Assembly: GCA_043718025.1 (NCBI GenBank)
Contig: JAYSWN010000002.1
Coordinates: forward strand, 1-44,236
Length of the DNA stretch: 44,236 nt
Reading direction: 5' to 3'
DNA from: Pseudomonadota bacterium
GTDB taxonomy: Bacteria; Bdellovibrionota; FAC87; UBA2466
The notes below the pieces were generated by a model, which was not told where the DNA came from, made no database searches, and worked only from the letters and a program-made list of their open reading frames with translations. Below are positions 35,315-44,236 of this stretch, piece by piece; the first letter of the stretch is position 1, and the number at the start of each line of letters is the position of its first letter. Position numbers and translations under genes: made by a program.

Positions 35315-37543
35315 GTGCAACGATGGCGTTTTGAGTTTTCGGGTTTCGTTCAAGGGCGAGGGTTTCGGCCGACTCTCTTTCGTTTGGCGGAACAGTGTCG
35401 GCTTACGGGTTGGGTAAAAAACTCAAGGCACCTCGTCTTAATGGAGGGGCAAACCGAAAACGCCTCTCTGCCGAGTTTTTTAGAGAGGGTGGAGACACTT
35501 TTTGGAGACGAGGTATTGATTCAAACGTCGCCAGTTTGCGAACTTCCCGACGAAGTGGGGTTTCAAATTTTACCCTCTGATCACGGCTTTTCTGACGTCG
35601 GCGATCTCCCCGCCGATGTCGCCACATGTGGCGATTGTCGCAAAGAGTTGCTTGACCCTAACGATCGGCGCTTTCGCTACCCTTTCATCACCTGCGCCAG
35701 CTGCGGTCCTCGTTTTAGTATTTCTCTGGCGATGCCCTACGATCGACAACGCACGACCATGATCGATTTTCCCCGCTGTGAAGTGTGTGAAACGGAATAC
35801 CTTCACACCCGCGATCGGCGTTTTCACGCGGAAACCATTTCCTGCGCCCAGTGCGGTCCCACCCTCGAGCTCTGCAATCAGCAGGGTGAGCCGGTCGCGG
35901 CCGGCAACGACGCACTGATTGCGGCGGCAAATTTTTTGCGCGACGGTCTGATCCTCGCCGTCAAAGGCGTAGGCGGCTTTCATTTAATAACTGACGCTAT
36001 GCGGGATGCTTCAGTGGTTGAGCTGCGCCGTCGCAAAGCGCGACCCGATAAACCCTTTGCCCTTCTGTTTCCTCATTTGACCTCCCTGCGTGAGCATTGC
36101 CATGTCTCGCCGTTTGAAGAGGAGCTGCTTCGGTCGTCGGCGGCACCGATCGTTTTATTGAATAGGGTTTCCGAGAGTGGCCTTAGTCGCCACCTTGCCC
36201 CCGGCCTAAATAGCGTAGGGGCCGCACTCCCTTCGCATCCGCTCCAGCACTTATTGGCGGGTGATTTTGGTGGGCCGTTGATTGCGACCAGCGGCAACCG
36301 TAGTGATGAGCCACTTTGCTATGACGAAGGTGAGGCGGTTCACCGGCTAAAGGGAATTGCTGACCACTTCTTATGGCACAATCGTAGAATTCATCGGCCC
36401 GTCGATGACTCGGTGGTTCGCGTGATCGAAGAAAAAATCACCGTGTTACGGCGCGCCCGCGGCTATCCCCTTCGCGTCGGAATGGTGAAATCACAACGAC
36501 GCTGGCTTGGGGCCGGCAGTTTTTTGAAAAATACCGTAGCGTGGACAGAAAAAGAGGGGCTGTATTTAAGTCCCCATTTGGGAGATCTCGTTCATCCCAA
36601 AGCGCAGCAGCGTTTTTGTTCGACGTTAAATGAAATCTCGGCCGAATCGCAGAATAATTATGTTGCCGATCTTCACCCCGACTATGCGTCAACGAGGGCC
36701 GTCGAGGTGCTTTCAGTCAAGGCCACTGAACCATTGCTTCGTCTGCAGCATCACAAGGCTCACGTTTTATCCGGAATAGTCGACTGCGGATTGGCGCCAC
36801 CTCTACTAGGGGTGGCGTGGGACGGAGCTGGGCTCGGTGACGACGGCAGCATTTGGGGCGGCGAATTTTTTGATGTCAGGTCACGGCAATTGAAAAGGGT
36901 GGCGAGCTTCTCGCCGTTTCTTCTGCTCGGGGGAGAACGTGCCATTCGCGACCCACGGCGAGTCGCCTTGGCTCTGCTTTGGGAAAGTAACTTACCGATT
37001 CCGACGCACGGCTTTGGGTTTACGGTTGAAGATTTAAATGCCCTTCGCCATCTTTTCGATCACCGACTGAATAGCCCCCTTTGTTCAAGTGTGGGTAGGC
37101 TTTTTGACGGCGTGGCGGCGCTGACATCCGTTGCGTGGAACAACACTTACGAAGGGCATGCCGCCAGCCTGTTGGAAGCGCGCGGTAATGAGTGGCGCGC
37201 CGACGCCCCCGCGTACCCTTTTGAGTTCGATGGTTTTCATTTAGATTGGCGGCCAATGATTTGCGAAATCATGGCGCGGCCTGAACCACGGCCTCACTCA
37301 GAAATCGCGGCCCGTTTTCACCAAACGCTAGCCGACATGATCCTAACCGTGGCAAATCGAGTCCAGAGGCGCGAAGTGTTACTCAGCGGGGGGTGTTTTC
37401 AAAATGAATTGCTTTCTCGAATGGCAATTCGTGGGCTCAGGGGCAACGGCTTTTCCCCTTTTTGGCATCATCAGATCCCGCCCAACGACGGAGGCTTGTC
37501 CGTGGGCCAGGTAAAAGCTGCGATCGAGGGTTTATGTGTTTAG
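35315..37543 (+). CDS. hypF: Carbamoyltransferase HypF
   Basis: VQGRGFRP, zinc fingers (TCGDC, CASCGPRF, CEVC, CAQCGP), VKGVGGFH, TSGN, DLHPDY, QHHKAH, SSVGRLFD and PPNDGGLSVGQ. Confidence 0.95.
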   Translation: MQRWRFEFSGFVQGRGFRPTLFRLAEQCRLTGWVKNSRHLVLMEGQTENASLPSFLERVETLFGDEVLIQTSPVCELPDEVGFQILPSDHGFSDVGDLPADVATCGDCRKELLDPNDRRFRYPFITCASCGPRFSISLAMPYDRQRTTMIDFPRCEVCETEYLHTRDRRFHAETISCAQCGPTLELCNQQGEPVAAGNDALIAAANFLRDGLILAVKGVGGFHLITDAMRDASVVELRRRKARPDKPFALLFPHLTSLREHCHVSPFEEELLRSSAAPIVLLNRVSESGLSRHLAPGLNSVGAALPSHPLQHLLAGDFGGPLIATSGNRSDEPLCYDEGEAVHRLKGIADHFLWHNRRIHRPVDDSVVRVIEEKITVLRRARGYPLRVGMVKSQRRWLGAGSFLKNTVAWTEKEGLYLSPHLGDLVHPKAQQRFCSTLNEISAESQNNYVADLHPDYASTRAVEVLSVKATEPLLRLQHHKAHVLSGIVDCGLAPPLLGVAWDGAGLGDDGSIWGGEFFDVRSRQLKRVASFSPFLLLGGERAIRDPRRVALALLWESNLPIPTHGFGFTVEDLNALRHLFDHRLNSPLCSSVGRLFDGVAALTSVAWNNTYEGHAASLLEARGNEWRADAPAYPFEFDGFHLDWRPMICEIMARPEPRPHSEIAARFHQTLADMILTVANRVQRREVLLSGGCFQNELLSRMAIRGLRGNGFSPFWHHQIPPNDGGLSVGQVKAAIEGLCV

Positions 37544-37764
37544 CGGTGCCCGGAAAAATTATTGAAATCGACGGCCATGAACCCCCGTTTCGCGTGGGCC
37601 GGGTAGATTTTGGGGGCCTGATCAAGGAGATCAATCTTTCGTTCGTTCCCGATGCCGTCCCTGGCGACTACGTAATTACTCACGTGGGGGTGGCCATTCA
37701 GACCATCGACGCTACCGAGGCCGAAAGAAATCTCAGGCTGCTGTCGGAATTGGATCGTCTATGA
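37534..37764 (+). CDS. hypC: Hydrogenase assembly chaperone HypC
   Basis: MCLAVPG start at 37534; [12 protein letters not shown]. Confidence 0.95.
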   Translation: MCLAVPGKIIEIDGHEPPFRVGRVDFGGLIKEINLSFVPDAVPGDYVITHVGVAIQTIDATEAERNLRLLSELDRL

Positions 37765-38864
37765 AATACGTAGATGAGTTTCGCGACAAAAATACCGTCG
37801 CCACCTTGAGTCGGGCCATTGGCCGTGTCGCCACTCGTCCCTGGCGGTTGATGGAGGTGTGTGGGGGCCAGACTCACGCCATCCTAAAATACGGCATCGC
37901 CGAACTCTTACCGACGCAGGTGGAACTTCTCCACGGGCCGGGATGCCCGGTTTGCGTTACGCCTACTGCGTGGATAGACAAGGCGATCGAGATTGCCTGC
38001 CAACCCCGCGCTATTTTGGCCTCCTTCGGTGACATGCTTCGGGTTCCGGGTACTCACGAAGATCTGTTAAAGGTGAAGGCTAAAGGCGCTGACGTGAGGA
38101 TTGTGTTCTCGCCTCTGGATGCCATTGCCCTAGCCATTCAGAATCCGGATCGCGAGGTGGTTTTTTTTGGCGTGGGTTTTGAAACTACCGCCCCGGCCAC
38201 GGCAACGTTGGTGCTTCAGGCCAAGCAAAAAAAGTTGAACAACCTGAGTCTGTTGGGCTGCCACGTTCTGGTGCCGCCCGCCCTGCGGGCTTTACTCGAC
38301 TCGCCCGAATGTCGGATCGATGGTTTTTTGGCGGCGGGCCACGTCTGCACGGTGATGGGGTACCAAGACTATTTTGCGATTTCACAAAAATACCGCGTGC
38401 CCATTGTGGTTACCGGATTTGAGCCGGTCGACATTCTGGCGGGGATCTTACAGTGCGTGACCCAATTAGAACGAAAAACCTTCACCGTTGAAAACCAATA
38501 CGCCCGGGTGGTGCGGGAAGAGGGCAATCTTTCGGCGCAGGCGCTGCTGCGTGAAGTGTTTCGAGTCGTCAATCGCCCCTGGCGTGGCCTGGGTGAAATT
38601 GCCGAAAGCGGTTTGGCGCTAAACCCTCGCTACGCTGAGTTTGATGCTGAAAAAAAGTTTGGGCCCGTCATTCTCGGAAACGAAGTGAGTAATGACTGCT
38701 TGAGCGGCCAGGTATTACAGGGGTTATTGAAACCGAACCAGTGTCCCGCTTACGGCAATCGGTGCGTTCCCGAAAACCCCCTTGGCGCCCCGATGGTTTC
38801 TAGCGAAGGGGCTTGCGCCGCCTACTACCGCTACCAAAAAAGAGAGGGACAACGGCATGGCTGA
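37761..38864 (+). CDS. hypD: Hydrogenase formation protein HypD
   Basis: [27 protein letters not shown] and [13 protein letters not shown]. Confidence 0.97.
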   Translation: MKYVDEFRDKNTVATLSRAIGRVATRPWRLMEVCGGQTHAILKYGIAELLPTQVELLHGPGCPVCVTPTAWIDKAIEIACQPRAILASFGDMLRVPGTHEDLLKVKAKGADVRIVFSPLDAIALAIQNPDREVVFFGVGFETTAPATATLVLQAKQKKLNNLSLLGCHVLVPPALRALLDSPECRIDGFLAAGHVCTVMGYQDYFAISQKYRVPIVVTGFEPVDILAGILQCVTQLERKTFTVENQYARVVREEGNLSAQALLREVFRVVNRPWRGLGEIAESGLALNPRYAEFDAEKKFGPVILGNEVSNDCLSGQVLQGLLKPNQCPAYGNRCVPENPLGAPMVSSEGACAAYYRYQKREGQRHG

Positions 38865-39894
38865 AATAAACTGCCCGTTGCCCTTTGGAAATACCTCTCA
38901 CGTAGTGATGGCCCACGGTGGAGGGGGACGCATGACCCAGCTGCTTATTCGCGACCTATTTTTAAAACATTGGAGCAATGCCGCCCAAGAGGGGCACGAT
39001 TCAGAAGTTTTTGTAACCGAATACAAGCGGCTGGCCATCACTACCGACGGTTTCGTGGTCCAACCGCTTTTTTTTCCGGGCGGCGACATCGGTAGTTTGG
39101 CGGTAAATGGCATCGTAAACGATCTGGCGATGAGCGGGGCCACGCCTCGGTATTTAACCGTGAGCCTGATCTTGGAGGAGGGGCTGCCCTTGGCGGCGCT
39201 TGAAAAAATCGTGATCTCTATGAAACGTGCGGCCGATATTTCTGCTGTACAAGTGATCGCCGGCGACACCAAAGTTGTGGAGAAAGGCAAGGGCGATGGC
39301 CTTTACCTGTCTTTGAGCGGAGTGGGGGAGATTCGGCACGAAGCGCAAATAAAACCAAGCTCTATTCAACTGGGCGACGCCATCATACTAAGCGGCGATA
39401 TTGGTCGGCACGGCATTGCGGTGATGAATGCTCGTCAAAAAATATTTCCCGAAACCGAAATCATTTCTGATTGCGCCCCATTGTCTGCCCCGGTGCAAAG
39501 TCTTTTGGCCGCGGGAATTCGGGTTCATTGCTTGCGTGACCTGACGCGCGGTGGACTCGCCACCGCCTTAGTAGAGTTGGCCGAAGTAAACCAATTCACT
39601 TTTCAGATCGAAGAAGAAAAAGTGCCGGTTACCGCCACCGTGCGATCGGCGTGCGAACTACTTGGGCTAGACCCTTTCTACGTTGCCAATGAAGGCCGGT
39701 TTGTGGCTTTTGTGCCGCAGATTCAGCTGGAGTCGGCGCTGACAGAGTTGCGGCGGCACGAGGTTTCTCAAGGCGCGACCCAAGTGGGCACGGTTGAGCC
39801 ATTTGATTGCGGTTTTGTGGTGGTGAAAACGGCCTACCAAACCGAACGAATTTTGGATCGCTTGTCGGGCGAGCAACTGCCGCGAATCTGTTAG
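38857..39894 (+). CDS. hypE: Carbamoyl dehydratase HypE
   Basis: [32 protein letters not shown] and C-terminal LPRIC. Confidence 0.96.
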   Translation: MAEINCPLPFGNTSHVVMAHGGGGRMTQLLIRDLFLKHWSNAAQEGHDSEVFVTEYKRLAITTDGFVVQPLFFPGGDIGSLAVNGIVNDLAMSGATPRYLTVSLILEEGLPLAALEKIVISMKRAADISAVQVIAGDTKVVEKGKGDGLYLSLSGVGEIRHEAQIKPSSIQLGDAIILSGDIGRHGIAVMNARQKIFPETEIISDCAPLSAPVQSLLAAGIRVHCLRDLTRGGLATALVELAEVNQFTFQIEEEKVPVTATVRSACELLGLDPFYVANEGRFVAFVPQIQLESALTELRRHEVSQGATQVGTVEPFDCGFVVVKTAYQTERILDRLSGEQLPRIC

Positions 39895-39898
39895 GCGG

Positions 39899-41563
39899 CT
39901 ACTTTAGGCCCGAAATATTTCCTTCGTTATCAACGGTAACATTCCAGGCGGCGGGTTTCGCCGGCAAACCAGGCATGGTGAGCATGTCACCGGCCAACGC
40001 GTAAAGAAACCGAGCGCCGGCGTAAACGCCAAGCTCTCGAATCGGAAACGTAAAATCGGTTGGCCTACCCAGTAGGGCGGGGTCGTGCGAAAAAGAATAC
40101 TGAGTTTTCGCAATGCAAAGGGGCAAGTGCCCGTACCCGTCACGCGAAAGCCGTTCCATACTTGCGCGCGCCTGCGGGCTTAATTCTAGACCGGCGGCAC
40201 CGTAAGCCAGGCGGGCCAAATTTTCCAATTTTTGTTCTATCGAATCATTCGGTTCGTAGAGAAATTTGATTTCGCTTTTCAGCTGACTGACCTTGGCGAC
40301 CGTGGTGGCAAGGGCCACGGCACCTTTTCCCCCCTCTTCAAATCCGGTGGACACTTCAACGCCGTTGACTCCGGCATTTAGGGCAAGTTCTTTAATCGTC
40401 TCAATTTCTTGCTCGGTGTCGGACGGAAAGCGGTTTATGGCGACCACGATTGGCACCCCGAAGCGTTGAAGCAAGGCGATGTGCCCCAGTAGGTTAGACG
40501 CCCCTTTTTTGATGGCGGGAATGTCCACTTCAGTAATCGTTGCGGGCAGCGTAGTTTTAGAAAGTTTAGAACCAAATTTGCCGCTGTGCCATTTTAGCGC
40601 CCGGACGGTGCAGACTAAAACTGCCACGTCGGGTTTTAGGCCAGTGGGGCGGCACTTTAAATGAAAAAACTTTTCGGCACCGCAGTCAGAACCAAATCCA
40701 CTTTCGGTCACCACAAATTCACTAAGGCCTAAGGCCACCCGGTCCGCAATAACGGAACTATTGCCGTGGGCAATGTTGGCGAACGGTCCGGTATGAAGCA
40801 ACGCCGGCGTCCCCTCAATGGTTTGAACTAAATTAGGCCGAAACGCATCGCGCAGGATGGCGGCCATAGCCCCACTCGCCTTAAGGTCGAGAGCGGTAAT
40901 CGGTGCGCCTAAGGGCGTAAGGCCGACGCGAATCTGATCCAAACGTTGTTTGAGATCTTCAAAAGACTCGGCCAACGCCAAAATGGCCATCACTTCACTG
41001 GCGGCGGTGAGGTCAAAACCGGTTTCACGCTTTGGGCCGCCCAAGCCGTCGTTGAGACCGGCGGTGATGCGGCTGAGTGCTTTGTCGCTGATGTCCACCG
41101 CGCGTCGCCACGTAATGGTGGAAGGGTCTAACTCGGGAAGCTGCTTACGCTTAACGTGATTGTCGATCAGCGCGGCCAGTAGATTGTTGGCCGCCGAAAC
41201 CGCGTGGATGTCGCCGGTGAAATGTAGGTTCATTTCATCGGGGGGAACCAGAGAGGAACGGCCTCCGCCCACACCTCCCCCTTTTATGCCAAAAACCGGA
41301 GCCATTGACGGCTGGCGAAGGGTGGCAATCGAGCTGCGGCCGATTTGCCAGAACCCCATCGAAAGGGCGATCGAGGTGACGGTTTTGCCCTCACCAAAGG
41401 GGGTCGGCGACACTGCCGTTACATCGATGTACTTCGCATTCGCTTTTGGCGGCGGCAGCTTCGCCAAGTAGGCGAGGGTAAATTTTGCGCGGTGCCAACC
41501 GTAGGGTTCGACGGCATCGGCCGGGAGATCCAATTTGGCGGCTATTTCATTAATGCGAAGCAT
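39899..41563 (-). CDS. fhs: Formate--tetrahydrofolate ligase
   Basis: PTPFGEGKT, GIKGGGVGGG, NLHFTGDIHA, ASEVMAIL, GPFANIAHGNSS, IAKTQYSFS and MPGLP. Confidence 0.96.
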   Translation of the reverse strand: MLRINEIAAKLDLPADAVEPYGWHRAKFTLAYLAKLPPPKANAKYIDVTAVSPTPFGEGKTVTSIALSMGFWQIGRSSIATLRQPSMAPVFGIKGGGVGGGRSSLVPPDEMNLHFTGDIHAVSAANNLLAALIDNHVKRKQLPELDPSTITWRRAVDISDKALSRITAGLNDGLGGPKRETGFDLTAASEVMAILALAESFEDLKQRLDQIRVGLTPLGAPITALDLKASGAMAAILRDAFRPNLVQTIEGTPALLHTGPFANIAHGNSSVIADRVALGLSEFVVTESGFGSDCGAEKFFHLKCRPTGLKPDVAVLVCTVRALKWHSGKFGSKLSKTTLPATITEVDIPAIKKGASNLLGHIALLQRFGVPIVVAINRFPSDTEQEIETIKELALNAGVNGVEVSTGFEEGGKGAVALATTVAKVSQLKSEIKFLYEPNDSIEQKLENLARLAYGAAGLELSPQARASMERLSRDGYGHLPLCIAKTQYSFSHDPALLGRPTDFTFPIRELGVYAGARFLYALAGDMLTMPGLPAKPAAWNVTVDNEGNISGLK

Positions 41564-41741
41564 GCGACGGCCTTTTTTCTGAAGGAGTAACCAAATACCA
41601 AAATGCGGCGACGGCGGAAATTAGGGCCGCCCCGGCCAACAACCAAAAGCCAAGTGAAAGTACCGCGTCGGTAGTTTCGGCTTTTTTAAAGTGAGGGTGT
41701 TGGTGGGGATAGGCTTGCGAGTGCACTCGGAGCAGTTTCAT
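41550..41741 (-). CDS. Small single-TM His-rich hypothetical protein upstream of fhs
   Basis: 63 aa with one clear hydrophobic helix; overlaps the fhs start by 14 nt; no clear SD. Confidence 0.4.
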   Translation of the reverse strand: MKLLRVHSQAYPHQHPHFKKAETTDAVLSLGFWLLAGAALISAVAAFWYLVTPSEKRPSHASH

Positions 41742-42034
41742 GATTTGAGTGATAGCGCGGCCTCTCTATTGAAGGCAAGTGAGTCAGATCAGAAACTGAA
41801 TCTAGCTCGTGCAACAGAAAAGTTTCGTGACGCGAAGCGCTGTCGAGTTTTGATTCACTCGTTATGAGTCACTTAGTCTCGCGGGGGGGTGAACACGACC
41901 CAGATTTTGTCTCCGATCAGAATATTACCCAAGATATTTTGTGGCCGATTGTTTGCAAACGTTTTGATAAGTTGCAAAGACCGCTTGATAGCTGGCGGAA
42001 ATCTTCATAAAGTGATTTTTTTTGGGGGGGGTTC

Positions 42035-44236
42035 GTGAAGCTTTTTATCTTTTCCGCAGCGGTGTGCTTTTTTTCAATCCAGTCGGTGGCAGAAGTGGTG
42101 GTAGCGCCGCTTAAAGAAGTTAGGGCGCGCCTAGTGCTGCCGCCTTATACCGCGCCCGACCGGCAGACTTTGGCCAACCAAGCCGCCTTAATGTTGGGCC
42201 AGCTTTTTGTTCACCGCGAAATCAAGAAAAAGGATTTTGGCGTTGGTTCTGATCCCGTTCCCCGGCTCAAATTGCTCAAAGACTCGGCCGCCGAGCTCTC
42301 CAATAAAGACTTTCATGAAAAAATCTCGAGCCTTTTTGTAAACCTCCATGATTTTCATACCACCTACCAATCGCCTAAACCCTTGGCCTGCGGCGTGGCC
42401 TTTATTCCCCTGCGCTTCGAGTCGGTTCGCGATGGCGAAGACAATATCATCGTCGCCTCCCGACGATCGGCGACGGCCGAGGAGTTGGTAAAAGACATTG
42501 AGATCAGTGACCAGTTGATCTCAATCGATGGCGTGGCGGTTGAAAAAGTGGTTCAGTCAATGTTGCCCACTTCGGGCGGGGCCAATCCGGATGCGATGCG
42601 AACGCGTTCGTTGCAGCAGCTAACTTTTCGCAACTTGGCGTCTTCTCCTTTGCCAGAAAAAGATTCCCTGCAGTTTGTGCTTAAGGGGAAACGTGGAGTC
42701 TACGAAAAAGAGATTCCGTGGATGACCTTAGCTGACGACGAGTGTTTTACCGACGTGGCGATCCCCCCGCGTAAAGAAAACGCTTTAGAAAAGATGAAGC
42801 TCTCAATGGATGAGTTTCAGAAGCGTTTTAACCGCGTGTTTGGGGATCCAGGGTTTCCCATTACCTACGCACTAGACGAAACCAAGCCTAACCCCCTTGC
42901 TGAGATCTTTGAGGCGGTTCTTTTAGACACGCCGGCGGGCCAAATTGGTTACGTACGAATTAAGAGTTTTATGTGGCGCGACCGCCGCCTTGATTTGGGG
43001 ACGATTGTAGAGGGGTTTCGCCGTACGGTGGAGGCCCAACTGTCGCCCGCTATCGGTCTGGTGATCGACGTGCGCGGAAATCCAGGTGGTCACATTGTAT
43101 TGGCGGAAAAGATGGTGCAGCTATTTTCCCCGCGCGTGGTGGAGCCTACCAAGGTGCGGATGCTGGCCAACCCGCTTAACGAAAAGATATTTATCGAGGC
43201 CAATGGTGGCGATAACCGTTGGTCGGCAGCGGTAAATTCGGCGATTAAAAAAGGGGATTACTACACCAAGCCTTTGGCCATCACGCCGCTTCCGGAGGCG
43301 AATAGCTTTGGGCAGATATGGTTTCGCCCGGTGGTCGTGCTGACCGATAGCACCTGTTACTCGGCCTGCGATCTGTTTACGGCGGGAATGCAAGATAGCG
43401 GGGCCGGCACCATCATTGGGCTTCATCGCGGTACCGGCGGAGGGGGGGCCAACGTAATGGAATACCGAACCTTCCAGGCCATTCTGGCCGAATGGCCAGA
43501 TAGTCCTTTTGTCTCATTGCCCTTTGAGCAGAATATGCGGGTGTCGTGGCGCCAGACGATTCGATCTGGCATCAACGAAGGGCAGCTGCTTGAAGACCGT
43601 GGCGTGCAATCCGACATTGTGGTGCCTTTGAAACTTCAGGACATTGGTTCGGAATCTAAGGAGATGATGAGAACCATTCATAAAGTGGTGGACTCATTGC
43701 AAGCAAAGTACCTAAGCGGACTTGGCGTGCGCCGTGGCGGCTCCGTATTGCTCACCAATTCTAAAGCGGCAAAATGGAACGAGTCAGTCTATGGCGTTGA
43801 CTCGATCGAAATTCAGGTCGGCGCCCGATCGACGAGTGAAATCGAAGTTGCTTATTCGAAGACGGCTAAGGACATTGAAATTTCGGTCGATTCCTTGGTT
43901 GGCGAGTGGACTGACCAGCGAGTGGTTCTCATCGGTAAAAAAGACGGAAAGCCAGTGTTTCGGGTCGTCCGCGAGCTAAAATGGCGGGGTGACTACTTAG
44001 AGATCGCGAAAGAGGGCCTGCTCGTAGATTTTAAATTGGGTGAGACCAAACCGTTTCATCTGATTTCGCTAAAGGGCGCAAAGGCGAGCGGTTGGCAGAT
44101 TGAGGGTGAAAAGCTGCGCATTGGTAAAGGGCCGCTTTATGATAACGGAGTTTTGGCGCGGGCCTTTTTACCCGTAAAGTTGTCGGGAAAGGGCGGTAAG
44201 TTATTGGTTGATTTTTCGGTGGTGGCCGAAGATCTG
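42035..44236 (+). CDS. Secreted S41-family serine protease, CPAF-like (partial; runs off the window)
   Basis: I translated it manually from GTG 42035 and found no stop to the window end. Signal peptide MKLFIFSAAVCFFSIQSVA; motifs LHDFHT, IGYVRIKSF, LVIDVRGNPGG, CYSACDLF, TGGGGANV and LEDRGV. Confidence 0.88.
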   Translation, partial: MKLFIFSAAVCFFSIQSVAEVVVAPLKEVRARLVLPPYTAPDRQTLANQAALMLGQLFVHREIKKKDFGVGSDPVPRLKLLKDSAAELSNKDFHEKISSLFVNLHDFHTTYQSPKPLACGVAFIPLRFESVRDGEDNIIVASRRSATAEELVKDIEISDQLISIDGVAVEKVVQSMLPTSGGANPDAMRTRSLQQLTFRNLASSPLPEKDSLQFVLKGKRGVYEKEIPWMTLADDECFTDVAIPPRKENALEKMKLSMDEFQKRFNRVFGDPGFPITYALDETKPNPLAEIFEAVLLDTPAGQIGYVRIKSFMWRDRRLDLGTIVEGFRRTVEAQLSPAIGLVIDVRGNPGGHIVLAEKMVQLFSPRVVEPTKVRMLANPLNEKIFIEANGGDNRWSAAVNSAIKKGDYYTKPLAITPLPEANSFGQIWFRPVVVLTDSTCYSACDLFTAGMQDSGAGTIIGLHRGTGGGGANVMEYRTFQAILAEWPDSPFVSLPFEQNMRVSWRQTIRSGINEGQLLEDRGVQSDIVVPLKLQDIGSESKEMMRTIHKVVDSLQAKYLSGLGVRRGGSVLLTNSKAAKWNESVYGVDSIEIQVGARSTSEIEVAYSKTAKDIEISVDSLVGEWTDQRVVLIGKKDGKPVFRVVRELKWRGDYLEIAKEGLLVDFKLGETKPFHLISLKGAKASGWQIEGEKLRIGKGPLYDNGVLARAFLPVKLSGKGGKLLVDFSVVAEDL

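Noticed and set aside
204..43979. Numerous 60-190 aa antisense or alternate-frame ORFs inside the called genes, including those within 42035-44236
   Set aside because: They are shadow ORFs of well-supported genes and have no motifs of their own.
1..44236. CRISPR array, tRNA/rRNA, prophage or defence system
   Set aside because: I saw no regularly spaced direct repeats, cloverleaf or rRNA-like sequence, and no phage, nuclease or integrase motifs.

Overview
This is a gene-dense bacterial chromosomal window with no rRNA, tRNA, CRISPR array, integrase or transposase that I can recognise. Glt-like gliding genes, delta-60 lipoproteins, many secreted orphans and sigma-54 promoters suggest a Bdellovibrionota/Myxococcota-type deltaproteobacterium; this is an inference. 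It has four blocks. (1) 261-8505: a 7-gene extended reductive pyrimidine catabolic operon (mmsA, dihydropyrimidinase, beta-ureidopropionase, class III aminotransferase, preA, NCS1 transporter, FCY1-type cytosine deaminase) with no preT. (2) 8.5-25.3 kb: surface and secreted proteins, namely a GltC-like TPR protein plus outer-membrane beta-barrel, two tandem LamG-like lipoprotein paralogs, a TMTC-like GT-C glycosyltransferase, a vWA protein, an HExxH protein, a PDZ-tailed protein and a delta-60 lipoprotein. This block also carries RPE-like palindromic repeats, one of which has a near-identical inverted copy at the window start. (3) 25.3-41.6 kb: back-to-back consensus sigma-54 promoters. One faces a tandem USP. 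The other faces a secreted protein, a MacAB-type ABC system with a hairpin-less adaptor, and a group 3b [NiFe]-hydrogenase cluster with a cysteine-free mini-HypA and no hypB, which ends convergent with fhs. (4) A CPAF-like S41 protease, absent from the ORF track, that runs off the right end. All assignments come from motif recognition by eye; no database searches were run.
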